From the NCBI RefSeq assembly GCF_001194135.2, contig NC_068983.1, positions 49,139,371 through 49,178,645 of the forward strand: a stretch of 39,275 nucleotides of DNA. The letters are read 5' to 3'. This DNA comes from Octopus bimaculoides. Its lineage: Eukaryota. Under the pieces are notes generated by a model, which was given only the letters and a program-made list of their open reading frames with translations, was not told where the DNA came from and ran no database searches. The position numbers and the translations under genes are program-made. This document shows, one piece after another, positions 23,053-34,331 of this stretch; position 1 is the first letter of the stretch, and the number at the start of each line of letters is the position of its first letter.

Positions 23053-23224
23053 TATGGGTAATTTTGTCTGTCTTTACGTTCTGAGTTCGGATCCCGCCGA
23101 GGTGGTCTTCGCATTTCATCTTTTCAGGAGTACGATAAAAGTACCAGTGGCGCACTGGGGTCGAGGTTACTGAGTTGTCTCCTCCACCAAAATTGCTGAC
23201 TGTGTGCCAAAATTTGAAAACAAT
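23053..23224 (+). mobile_element. SINE family A, 5'-truncated
   Basis: gtctgtctttacgttctgagttcggatcccgccgagg...ccaaaatttgaaaac. Confidence 0.85.
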
Positions 23225-23593
23225 AAAATTCATGTCTTTATGAACAGACTTGTATGTTCTTAAGGTGAAAAGGCATTTAAATTTTTACTATATTCCAGTC
23301 TCCTCAATGCAGCGTTTGGATTTGCTTGTTTATTGTATTCGCCATCGCTGTTGTTGTTGTGATGTCTTTGGTAATATTTATTGTTGTCGTTTTTGTTGTG
23401 GCTGTTGCGGTTGTTAATATTTCCACAGCTGCTGGTGGTGAGATCCAAATCAGTCCCAATCGATTCAACAAATCCATGAGTAAACAATCGAAGCCGTGAA
23501 AATTCTGCCATTTTGTTTTAGTCCAACGTCTGAACTTTTCATGTGATATATTTTAACCCATATATTATAGGATACTCTATTCAGGTACCACAT

Positions 23594-24040
23594 AAGGCGG
23601 TGAGCTGGCAGAACCATTAGCACTCCGGACAAATACTTTGCGGCATTTTCTTAGTTTTTGCATTCTGAGTAAAAATTCCACTGAGGTCGATTTTGCCAGT
23701 CATCCTTTCGACGTCAATAATAGAAATACCAGTTGAGCTCTGAGATCAACGATATATATATATGTATGCTTTCTCCTAAAATTGACGACCTTGTGCTAAA
23801 ATTTGAAAGCATCTGTGTGTACCGCAATGCGATGACTTAGCACAATGGAATATCATACATAATGCTTAGCAGCCTCTCTAGCGGCTCTTTACGTTTAAAA
23901 CTCAAATCCTGTCGAGGTCAGCTTTGCGTTTATTCTTTCAGAATCGATAAAATAAAATACCGGTCAAACACCGAGATCAATGGCATTGATTAGAACCCTT
24001 CCCGGATAAAAACAATGTGTTTTTGCCAAAAATTGAAAAT
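23594..24040 (+). mobile_element. Two adjacent diverged SINE family A copies (23594-23810 and 23858-24040)
   Basis: aaggcggtgagctggcagaaccattagc head; the second copy has gaggtcagctttgcg...atcgataaaataaaatacc. Confidence 0.75.
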
Positions 24041-24668
24041 ATAATTTTCGCGTACATTTGCATTCACCATCTTCATAAAAATACTTATTCTTCTAATGGT
24101 TACGACATTACAATTTTATTATTCGTTTCCCTATAGATAGCGCCTCTTGGAACGGAACGTGGGTATTTTATTATTTAGAAATTAATTATTTACCCTTCAG
24201 GGCATTCTAGAATAGTTTGAAATGTATTTCTTCATACAGGAGCATAATTTATATTGCAAACTAACCTTTGTATGCTGCTTGATCTATAAAATGCGGTAGC
24301 TACATCAATTTCAGAACGTCATTAATGATTGTAGAATCGACATGTTTAATGTGATGTACCTCACAGAAATACCCTACGGTCGTGTTTTGAGTGTTAAGAA
24401 ACAACAATGATTGGTATCTATTGTATTTAAATGGAATATCATGTACCGATTTTGTGCTTTAATGTAGTGTTTATGCAAAATGCTTCAATTGTAATGCAGT
24501 AATACGTTGTTGAATCCTTAGCAGTGCCCAGCGGAACGATATTTCATATGTTGAATCTGATTGCACAAATGGATAACAATAACTACGCTTTGGTAATTCT
24601 TGCATGTAATTATAATTAAACCGATCTTATACTCTCTTTTACTAGATAACCTCATAATTCGGAAAGAT

Positions 24669-24880
24669 GGAAAGCAGAATCGTTTCCATGCCGGGCAAAT
24701 TGCTTAGCGGCATTTTGTTTGCCTTAACGTTCTGAGTTCAAATTCCGCTAAAGTCGACTTCACCTTTCATCCTTTGGAGGTAGATAAATGAACTACTAGT
24801 TGAACGCTGAGATTGATGTAATCGATTTTACACTTCCACCGAACTTGCTGGCCTTGTGTCAAAATTTGGAGTCAATATTA
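24669..24880 (+). mobile_element. SINE family A
   Basis: gcagaatcgtttccatgccggg...gttctgagttcaaattccgc...ggccttgtgtcaaaatttgg. Confidence 0.85.
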
Positions 24881-25129
24881 TTTGTGTTTAGAAGCGTAGC
24901 TAGAATGTGAGTCGCACTGAGTAGCCCCTTTATTTTGCAGCCCGGGCAATAAAAGCTTACAGATTTATATAGCACACTCAAAACTTCCGCCCCCTTAAAA
25001 GTGTCACCTAAGGCGAACCGACTTCATCTCAAACCTCCAAGTCATGCTAATGCTTGGCTTAACCTTTTATAGATTAGATTAGTGACCTCAATCATGACAA
25101 CTGAAATATTATTATATACCGGATTCAAA

Positions 25130-25922
25130 TTTGTGCAGAAGGCTAGCAAATTTGGGGGAGGAGGTAAATCGATTACATCGACCTCAGTGCGTAATTGGTA
25201 CTTATTTTATCGACCCCGAAATCATAAAATGCAAACTGGACCTGAGTGGAATATCATTATATATTAAAATAATCCTTTGTACTCTAGGCACAATGCGTGA
25301 CATTTTGGGAGAGGGAGACAGTCGACTTGATCGACCTCAGTACGCAACTGCTACTTAATTTATCGACCCCGAAAGGATGAAAGGCAAAGTCGACCACGAC
25401 GGAAATTGAATTTAGAACGTAAAGATAGATGAAATATCGCTAAGCATTTCGCCCGGTGTGCTAACGTTTCTGCCAGCTCGCCGCCTTGAAATGATTATTT
25501 CGTTATTGCCGACAGGGGGCTAAACATAGAGGGGACAAACAAGGAATTATGTCGACTACATCGACCCCAGTGCGTAACTGGTACTTATTTAATCGACTCC
25601 GAAAGGATGAAAGGCAAAGTCGACCTCGGCCGACTTTGAACAGAGCGTAAAGACTAACAAAATAAAGTTAAGCATTTCGCCCGGCGTGCTAACGATTCTT
25701 ATTTCTTTATTGCCCACAAGGGGCTAAACATAGAGGGGACAAACAAGGACAGACAAAGGGATTAAGTCGATTACATCGACTCCAGTGCGTAACTGGTACT
25801 TAATTTATCGACCCCGAAAGGATGAAAGGCATAGTCAACCTCGGCGGAATTTGAACTCAGAACGTAACGGCAGACCGCTAAGCATTTCGCCCGGCGTGCT
25901 AACGTTTCTGCCAGCTCGCCGC
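25130..25922 (-). mobile_element. Cluster of four SINE family A units
   Basis: Units at about 25130-25253, 25281-25488, 25496-25698 (headless) and 25699-25922; A-box/tail junction gctaacgattc|ttatttctttattgccc at 25698/25699. Confidence 0.92.
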
Positions 25923-26209
25923 TAGCTGTCTTTTGAAGACCAAATATCGAAAGCATAAATGAGGGAATTATAACTAACTCTATATTTAGATACGCCTATT
26001 ATATGTTGTCAATTAAATTCCACCTACAAATCTTAGAAATGATGAATATTGTGTTACTGCTTCAAACAAATTAATCTGCCTCATTTATATTCATTCAGTA
26101 AATTCACCTTTGTGACAAAACGATATTGTGCTGCTATTTCTAGCCCACGAATCTGCTCCATTTACATCCACTTACACCTGCTCCACTTCCATCTTTAGTA
26201 ACGTAGCTC

Positions 26210-26231
26210 TGTCTGTCTGTTTCTCTCTCTG

Positions 26232-26292
<61 letters not shown>

Positions 26293-26300
26293 CACACACA
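26210..26300. repeat. (CTGT)/(CT)n microsatellite
   Basis: Directly visible. Confidence 0.95.
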
Positions 26301-26693
26301 CTATCTCTTCTTAATAGAGATATTATGAACTTTTTATGATGTCGTCGTGATACCTGCTTCTCTGTCTTTCACACAGACACAGACACGCGCACACACATGC
26401 ACACACATCTACCCTCGCACAGCTCGTCTTTGAAGCTTTAAATTTCGCTGTGTATCTGGATGCTCTCAACATCTTTCCTGTCTAAACAATCATCAAAAAG
26501 GAAGACTAAAACCGATGCACAACAAGCAATATCTCCCATGCACACTTTCATTAATTGTTTCACATACTCCTTTCTTTCAAACTTGAAAAATATCAAGTTT
26601 CTTACTTTCGTTTCTAAGCATTAGAAGCATTTTCAATCTTGGTTCTGTTTGTATACATGATCAACAACAAATTTTAATATTTGTTAATTGACT

Positions 26694-27455
26694 AAGGAGG
26701 TGAACTGGCACAATCGTCAGTAGCCAGTTTTGAATTCATATACCACCGAAGTCGACTTTGCCTTTCATCCCTTCGAGGTCGATAAAAGAAGTACCAGTCG
26801 AACACTGGAGTCGATGTATTCGACTTACTTCCTCCTCCTCTTTCTCGTCCTCCTCTTCCTCGTCCTCCTCCTCCTCCTGCGAAATTGCTGCTCTCGTGCA
26901 AAAATTTGAAACCAATATGTGACAAATGATGAGGCGGTGAGGTGAGTTGAAATACTTCCGAGGTCGACTGTGCTTTCATCCTTTCGGTTTTGACAAAATA
27001 AGTGACTCTCGAGCACCGGAAACGTTGTAACCGACTGACCTACCTACAAGAAATTTGCGGCGAGCTGGCAGAATCGTTAGCACGCCGGGCGAAATGCTTA
27101 GCGGTATTTCGTCTGCCGTTACGTTCTGAGTTCAAATACCGCTGAGGTCGACTTTGCCTTTCATCCTTTCGGGGTCGATAAATTAAGTACCAGTTACGCA
27201 CTGGGTCGATGTAATCGATTTAATCCGTTCGTCTGTTCTTGTTTGTTCCCTCTATGTTTAGCCCCTTGTGGGCAATAACGAAATAGGTATTTCATCTGCC
27301 GTTACGTTCTCAGTTCAAATTCTGCCGAGGTCGACTTTGTCTGTCATCCTTTCAGGGTCGATAAATTAAGTACCAGTTACGCACTGGGGTCGATGTAATC
27401 AACTTAATCCCTCTGTCTATCCTTGTTTGTCCCCTCTATGTTTAGCTCTTTGCTG
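26694..27455 (+). mobile_element. Cluster of four SINE family A units, one with an internal (CCT)n expansion
   Basis: Units at about 26694-26918, 26930-27055, 27056-27285 and 27286-27455; (CCT)-rich run at about 26828-26878. Confidence 0.9.
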
Positions 27456-27471
27456 ACATTTGAAATCAATA

Positions 27472-27871
27472 TTTACTCTTTTACTTGTTTCAGTCATTTG
27501 GCTGTGGCCATGCTGGAACACCGCCTTTAGTCGAGCAAATCGACCCCAGGACTTATTCTTTGTAAGCCTAGTACTTATTCCATCGATTTCTTTTGCGGAA
27601 CTGCTAAGTTATGGGGACGTAAACACACCAGCATCGGTTGTCAAGTGATGTTGGGGGATAAACACAGACACACAAACACACACACACATACATACTCATA
27701 TATATATATACATATACGACAGGCTTGTTTCAGTTTCCGTATACCAAATCCACTCACAAGGCTTTGGTCGGCCCGAGGCTATAGTAGAAGACACTTGCCT
27801 AAGGTGCTCCGCAGTGAGACTGAACCCGGAACCATGTGGTTCGTAAGCAAGCTACTTACCGCACAGCCACT
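27472..27871 (-). mobile_element. SINE family C, full-length
   Basis: Reverse complement of the 12841 copy, including the internal (TA)/(TG) microsatellite. Confidence 0.92.
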
Positions 27872-27942
27872 CGATAATAAATATATGCAAGAAATTTACT
27901 TGTCAAGTAAGACTTATGGCGTCGACATTTAAAGATACTTAC

Positions 27943-28015
27943 CTGTAAATCAGCCTGTACCAGATTTCACTCGTTGCTTGAAATGGCAGCAAAATCTTAC
28001 TCATCTTCAATCCTA
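27943..28015 (-). other. Candidate exon (73 nt; 70 nt with the tandem TAG acceptor)
   Basis: CTAAT branch-like motif, T-rich tract, CAG/TAG tandem acceptor and consensus donor CAG|GTAAGT. One open frame: GLKMSKILLPFQATSEIWYRLIY. No homolog recognised. Confidence 0.4.
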
Positions 28016-28744
28016 CTGTTTTGCAGTACACACAAAGAAATTAGATAATCCACAGCTAGGTAAAATACGATCAAATGTTTGGTCGAATAAGACCGACCCG
28101 CAACACAAAAAATACTTATACAATTCCTTGCAATTATTACATATACATTGAAACGATCTTTTCATAGAACACCATTCAAACAACTTATTGAGCTCTTAAC
28201 ACTTCATTACTTTTTGAAATGTTGCGTCAAAATCAGGTTGATCTCAGCTGACATAACTTATGAATCATAAAATGGTAACATTCTATAGTGCTATCAATTG
28301 TAAACGTGAGCAATAAAAAACTGAGAGCTCGAAATATATATACATATGTGTATGTATGCCCGTGTGTGTGTGCATATACGTGTCTATGTCATTATTCAGC
28401 TTATTTCCAGATTTCTTGCCAATAGAGAAAGAACCGTTTTCTAACCTAGATCCAAGGTTCCTTCATTGAAATTTCAACATCAACAACAAGGTACTTTTGT
28501 TTTTGTGTATATATGTGCAGATTTGTATGTTTTATGTATGTATTCTCATGCATATGGTTACATATCTAGACATGCTCATACATATTTAAATGATAGACTT
28601 CTGGAATGTTTTACAGATTTTTACATTTCTAGTGATGGCTTGGATCTGTAGTCTTTGAAATAGCTTCTCCTTTCTGATTTTGAGAAGCCGTATTTCTCAA
28701 GATTGGTATTTAGGCATTGTGTATGTATGTATGTATGTATGTGT

Positions 28745-29139
28745 GGAGGCGCAATGGCCCAGTGGTTAGGGCAGCGAACTCGCGGTCTTATGATCGCGGT
28801 TTCGATTCCCAGACCGGGCATTGTGAGTGTTTATTGAGCGAAAACACGTATAGCTCTACGAGGCTCCGGCAAGGGTGGGGTGGGGGGTGAATCCTACTGT
28901 ACTCTTTCACTTTAAACTTTCTCTCACTCTTTCTTCCTGTTTCTGTTGTATATGTATTTCAAAAGGGCCAGCTTTGTGACACACTCTGTGTCATGCTGAT
29001 TCTCCCCGAGAACTACGTTAAGGGTACAGGTGTCTGTGGAGTGCTCAGCCACTTGCACGTTAATTTCACGATCAGGCTGTTTCGTTGATCGGATCAACTG
29101 GAACACCCGTCGTCGTAACCGACGGAGTGCCAACAACAA
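28745..29139 (+). mobile_element. SINE family B, full-length, inserted in a (TATG)n array
   Basis: ggaggcgcaatggcccagtggttaggg head, gtttcgattccc B-box, cgtcg-taac-cgacg stem-loop and caacaacaa tail; (TATG)n on both flanks. Confidence 0.92.
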
Positions 29140-29836
29140 TGTATGTATGTATGTATGTATGTATGTATGTACGTATGTATGTATGTGTGTATGTATGTAG
29201 GAGTGTTGTTTGTATTTCGACAAGTCGCTGTGTCTAACATATTATTATCACCATTCATAGAAATTCAGTTCTGATTTCCAAATGCTTGTTTAATATGTGT
29301 GAGAACTGTTAAATCCATGTGGAGTGCTTTAACAAAGTTTCATATCTTTATTCATTTTTTAAAAAAATATTATTCTGAATGAAATATTTCCCGAGTAAAT
29401 TAGGGCTTTTTTCCAATAAAGACGTGAATATTAAGCAGCTCAGCACTCCAAGACAGCAGAGATTTCTATCTAAAAATGTGCAAGTTAAACTAATGTTGCA
29501 AATATTTAAACCACTTTGATAAGGACATGTGAATATTGTGTAAATCTGAGTAACTTGTCAAGCGAATTCATTCTATTGTAATTATATATTTAATAATTGA
29601 TTAAGTAACGCCCATAATGTCATCATTTCTCAGTCGTTGCTGCTTTCACAGCCGAAGTCACTAGAACAGCGTTAATTACTGATTATCTTTATAGACATTA
29701 TTTTCATGGAGCAAGTGAGAGACAGAGAGAAGGAAGTGAGAGAGAGCGGTGTGAGTGGGAGGGAGAGTGAGAAAGAGAGGAAGGAAGCAAGAAAGAGAGA
29801 AAGAAATAAGTATTGAGTGAGCCTCTGCATACTCAC

Positions 29837-29978
29837 CTATTTTGTTAGATTTAACGGTCAAATATTCCTCAAAGCCATTCATTAAACTCTTAAGTAAAGA
29901 GAAATACTTAAGATATTGACAACAAATCAGCCACGATTGAAATGCCTTTGTGTGTATATGTGTTCGATATGTATTCAT
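29837..29978 (-). other. Candidate exon upstream of the 27943-28015 candidate
   Basis: Possible acceptor ccccAG|ATG and consensus donor TAG|GTGAGT. Open frame MNTYRTHIHTKAFQSWLICCQYLKYFSLLKSLMNGFEEYLTVKSNKI ends in phase 1, compatible with the next candidate. Confidence 0.3.
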
Positions 29979-31249
29979 CTGGGGCTAACTGACAACAACA
30001 GCCAAAATATTAATAGAAGCAACAACATCATGTCGTCTTCATTTTAACCTCGCCCCCCCCCCCCTCACTATACCACCACCGCNNNNNNNNNNCCCCCCCC
30101 CCCCTCACTATACCACCACCGCCAAACATCAGGTTCACTGTAGGAGCTGTTATGAATTTCGAATATCTTAATAATTTAACTGTAGAAGAAATTAAAAAAC
30201 AGCTAATGGCAATTTATTTACTGAGTTTCTTGAAAGTAATATTCAGCTGTGATAAGGACATTAAATTTGGTAGATCATTTTATCTATTCATTTATTTTGG
30301 ATGGGGAATTAATGTGGAAGATATTGCTTTGATCATGTCGTTCGCAGGCAATACAAGATCGCTAAGATTCCCGTCATTATTATTCTCCTTGATCAACTGT
30401 GTGCTGATGGCTGTCGATAAAATGAAGCAAAAATCAAAATATATTCTCAGGGTTGACGCTTTGGAAAAAATTGGTCGGGTGAGACGAGGTTGTGTAGAAA
30501 ACATGGTGGTGTTGGACAAAGTATGGTTCACAAGATAGCAGGGACGCCACTAAATTTATTGACCAAGATGTAAGTGGACATTCCTCTCCAGGGGAAGAGA
30601 GTTTACTGTAGTAGCGATATAAACGTTTGCATGAGGAGACAGTCCCGCGTCTGTGTCAAGAAAGTTCAAAATGTTAATCGTCTGCTGTATACTTTTCTCT
30701 AAAATATGTCTTCTCTTTTATGCAACCTAGAATGTTTGATATGTGTTGGAGAACAAGTAGCATGGTTCCTTGTGTGAATTAATATTCCATTGTAGCCTTT
30801 CTTGAGCTTTTTCTACGAAGCTAGTAACTATTAGTGAGTTATGATACAAATTGTATACATTTACAACGTGATTAGCCATCCAAAAACACACAAAGACTGT
30901 GGAATAGCATCACTGACCAGGTTGTAGTTGATGCAACGAAAATTTTGATACAAATAATAAATGTTTAAGCAAAGTTAACAGTCTTTTCTTAATGGCTCTG
31001 TGTCTTCAACACTGTAATTGTCTCAGATCAAATCCCCTGCTTGGTAACTATCCCCCAAAACAAATTTTATCTATTAATATTCCCGATATGTATTTGGTCC
31101 GAAAGAACGGTAGTTTCTGAGGGAACTGTTTATGGATACATTCAATAAGAATCTTAAGATGATGAGCGTAATATAGCTCTATAGCTGTATATTTAACTTA
31201 AGCTGACCTTAAGCAAAAATTCAACATAAATCTTTTCCTGATGAATATC

Positions 31250-31290
31250 TGTGTGTTTGATTTTTGATTTTTGATTTTGTACAGGTAAGT
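31250..31290 (+). promoter_or_regulatory. Splice signal: T-rich tract + CAG|GTAAGT (5' splice site or recursive splice site)
   Basis: tttgatttttgatttttgattttgtacAG|GTAAGT, with AG at 31283-31284 and GT at 31285-31286. Confidence 0.35.
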
Positions 31291-32680
31291 AAAGGTTTAT
31301 ATGCTGATGTGTGTGTGTGTGTGCGTACGAGCGCGTATGCGTGCGAGAATGTATGATATGGTTAGATAAGATGTTTATAAAGAGATTTCATAGAATTCTA
31401 TCTATCCATTGAACCAATAACCCCGCTAACTTTCTGTTTTTCACCCTATATATCTATGAATGCACATATCAGTACATACATATAGATACCTGTCAGATTT
31501 GTTGGTGTGGTGCATATTTAAAGGTTGAAATCTGTGAGTAAAGCAAGTATCATGTCTATGTGATTGTGCCTGGTGTTTTGTAGCATTTTTTAATAAGACC
31601 GTAGTGAAAGACGCCTGACTTGTACGTTTGTATATGATATATTTGGAAGACAAACGAATGTAACCAAACTGGAATATATAGGCGGGATTAGGTTTGGACA
31701 GTGAGTCAAAACAGCTTGAAGGTTTTAAATAAAAATCTTTGCTCACTTTCATTTTCACCAACTAGTCAACTTCTAGAGGTCATGTGATGAACTATACCAA
31801 AGACCACACCTAAATACATGGTCTTGTGCCGTGTACAAATGGCAGAAATCATCATTAAATTGACATGAACAATATTAGAACATTGGTCAATTTTGCAACC
31901 TTTTATTCGCAGGCTTTGTCTCCAAATTAAATTAGTATAATATCATTATTCTAATTTACTAGCTATTGATCAGACTTCTAATTCGATCGTAATATTTCTC
32001 TATAAAGGCGTTCTCTAATCAATCACCTCGATTGAACATTTATGCCATAATCTATTGAAATATGTCTGCTCATTGAACATAATGACATTTTACTTAATGC
32101 TTACAAATTCTGCTGGTTACTAATTACAACGAAATTATTCATTTAGCAAATCATTCTGAGTAGTGTATTACTAGGTGTGTTTACTAAATGAAAGCTATCA
32201 TGAAGACTAATTTTCGCATAAGGACTTTACATTTTAAAACAGAGAGACGTTGTCAAGAGAATTGATCCAAGCAATTAATCGCTACTCATTTAAACGAACA
32301 ATGAATGGAAGAAAGGTCGACTTTATTTTTCATCCAATCAGAGTTGATACAGTTCGCAACAGTCTAGTACCGTGATCGATTCAATCGTCTATACTTCTCG
32401 CCCATAATGAGAAAGCTCCAGTCAATGCTAAAAGTTTTTACAATATGAAAATAAATGTCAGATCTGATACAGAGTCGGAGAAAATGGCTTACAGCTTTAA
32501 GTTGTTGTCGTTTTCATTACCGACATTGTCTTTTATAAATCTGGAATCGATGTAATAAGTATCGACGATAAGCAACTCTTAAATTTTACGTGTCGTGTCT
32601 GTTAGAAATGATTTTTTGACGAAGGACGACCAATACTTTGGAGTCAAATTAGTAAGAGTAAACCGGAAGGCTGTCGTGTT

Positions 32681-33118
32681 TACACACACACACACACACA
32701 CACAGACACACACACACACACACACACACATACATATACATANNNNNNNNNNNNNNNNNNNNNNNNNNNNNNNNNNNNNNNNNNNNNNNNNNNNNNNNNN
32801 NNNNNNNNNNNNNNNNNNNNNNNNNNNNNNNNNNNNNNNNNNNNNNNNNNNNNNNNNNNNNNNNNNNNNNNNNNNNNNNNNNNNNNNNNNNNNNNNNNNN
32901 NNNNNNNNNNNNNNNNNNNNNNNNNNNNNNNNNNNNNNNNNNNNNNNNNNNNNNNNNNNNNNNNNNNNNNNNNNNNNNNNNNNNNNNNNNNNNNNNNNNN
33001 NNNNNNNNNNNNNNNNNNNNNNNNNNNNNNNNNNNNNNNNNNNNNNNNNNNNNNNNNNNNNNNNNNNNNNNNNNNNNNNNNNNNNNNNNNNNNNNNNNNN
33101 NNNNNNNNNNNNNNATGC

Positions 33119-33151
<33 letters not shown>

Positions 33152-33200
33152 TGGGTGTGTATGTGTGTGGGTGTGTGTGTGTGTGTGGAGAGAGAGAGAG
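32681..33200. other. N gap (32743-33114) flanked by (CA)n on the left and (GT)n(GA)n on the right
   Basis: Directly visible. Confidence 0.97.
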
Positions 33201-33244
33201 AGTAAATGTAAGGATAAGCAAGTTAAGCAAGTTGTACACAATAG

Positions 33245-33595
33245 ATTAAATATATTTAATATAATATGTACATATGTTTTCATATAAAAGGTCCGACTTA
33301 CACATAATAGAAATGATATCAGGAATTAAAAGGGTTGAATCCTTAATCTCCTTTCTGTCAACACCTCAAATCTAAGACTTCTTCCCCGAAGGCGCAGGCT
33401 GGTATTATCTGATGATTGAATCAATTTACCAATGTTCAATCATTATTTGGGACCACCAAGATTCTAGAAACAGCTGTTGAACTCTTAAAACTCTGGTTCA
33501 AGCCCTTTAATTCTTGATATCATTTCAATTCTGAGTAAGTCGGAACTTTTTATATGGAAATATATGTACAATTTTTTGTGTTAAATATATTTAAT
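33245..33595. mobile_element. Foldback / MITE-like non-autonomous DNA element
   Basis: Arm 33286-33339 (aaaaggtccgacttac...gaaatgatatcaggaattaaaagggttgaa) matches the reverse complement of 33497-33550. Symmetry continues outward through tgtacatat...catata, and there is an inner 9-bp inverted pair (33412-33420 / 33435-33443). No coding capacity. Confidence 0.8.
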
Positions 33596-33989
33596 ATTTT
33601 TGTATGTCGACTTGCCTAGCTTACTCTTCTCTTTGCTCAAGTATAAATCTCTTGAGGACTACGAAGTGTATTCTATACGGAGAATATCACTCATCTATAT
33701 ATGTATATATATATCAAAATAAGCAACAAGGATATTCCGGATTAATGCAGTACGATCGTTTCATGCGACTCCATTTATTTCAGAAATGTGGGCATTACAT
33801 TAAATGTAAAATGCAGAGCAATCTTCAGCTGCACAAAGCAAATTAAATAAAATTTGGAATCTTTTGCGGAGGGTGGAAGTGTTAACAAGAACAAGTCGGT
33901 AAAAACAAGACCATACATACATGTATGTATGTATCTATATATGTACGTATGGGTGTGGTATTTTTTACTTCCTTCATCTTCAAAACTTT

Positions 33990-34048
33990 AAGACGGTGCC
34001 CCAGCATGGCTGCAGTCAAATGACCGAAACAAGTAAAGGGTAAAAGAT
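33990..34048 (+). mobile_element. SINE family C, isolated 3' tail
   Basis: gacggtgccccagcatggctgcagtcaaatgaccgaaacaagtaaagggtaaaaga. Confidence 0.8.
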
Positions 34049-34304
34049 ATAAAACATATAGGTTTTACCGTTATTGCATTAGACATTTTTCTTTCTTACA
34101 TCTGGAAACTTGGGTTCTATGATATTTGTTAATCAGATCAAAATGTATCCAAGTGATAACCTCTTTTTTCTCGTGAAATTACTGTCGAAAACATCATTTA
34201 TATCAAATTGTCTCATAAAATACTACGAATGCTTCTGGCCGTTATTTGAACTTACATACTCCAAATTTGACTTGCTGTTCAAATTGGCTTCAAAGTTTGA
34301 CATA

Positions 34305-34328
34305 AGGGTTAGGGTTAGGGTTAGGGTT
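34305..34328 (+). repeat. Interstitial telomere-like tract, (TTAGGG)4-equivalent
   Basis: (AGGGTT)4. Confidence 0.9.
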
Positions 34329-34331
34329 CTG

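Noticed and set aside
24137-24163. Possible micro-exon (acceptor plus TGG|GTATTT)
   Set aside because: Weak donor and no phase-compatible partner among nearby plus-strand candidates.
30122-31200. Microsatellite-free 1.1-kb segment with ORFs 30152..30538 and 30292..30531, possible pseudogene
   Set aside because: Multiple stops in the frames I read on both strands and no recognisable domain; unexplained unique sequence.
31441-31761. 106-aa minus ORF, and a plus frame ending at an ACA|GTGAGT donor
   Set aside because: No convincing acceptor and no recognisable homology.
3121-33287. Long track ORFs containing X runs or poly-VC/HT/YI/E/L/S stretches
   Set aside because: They are translations of N gaps and microsatellites.
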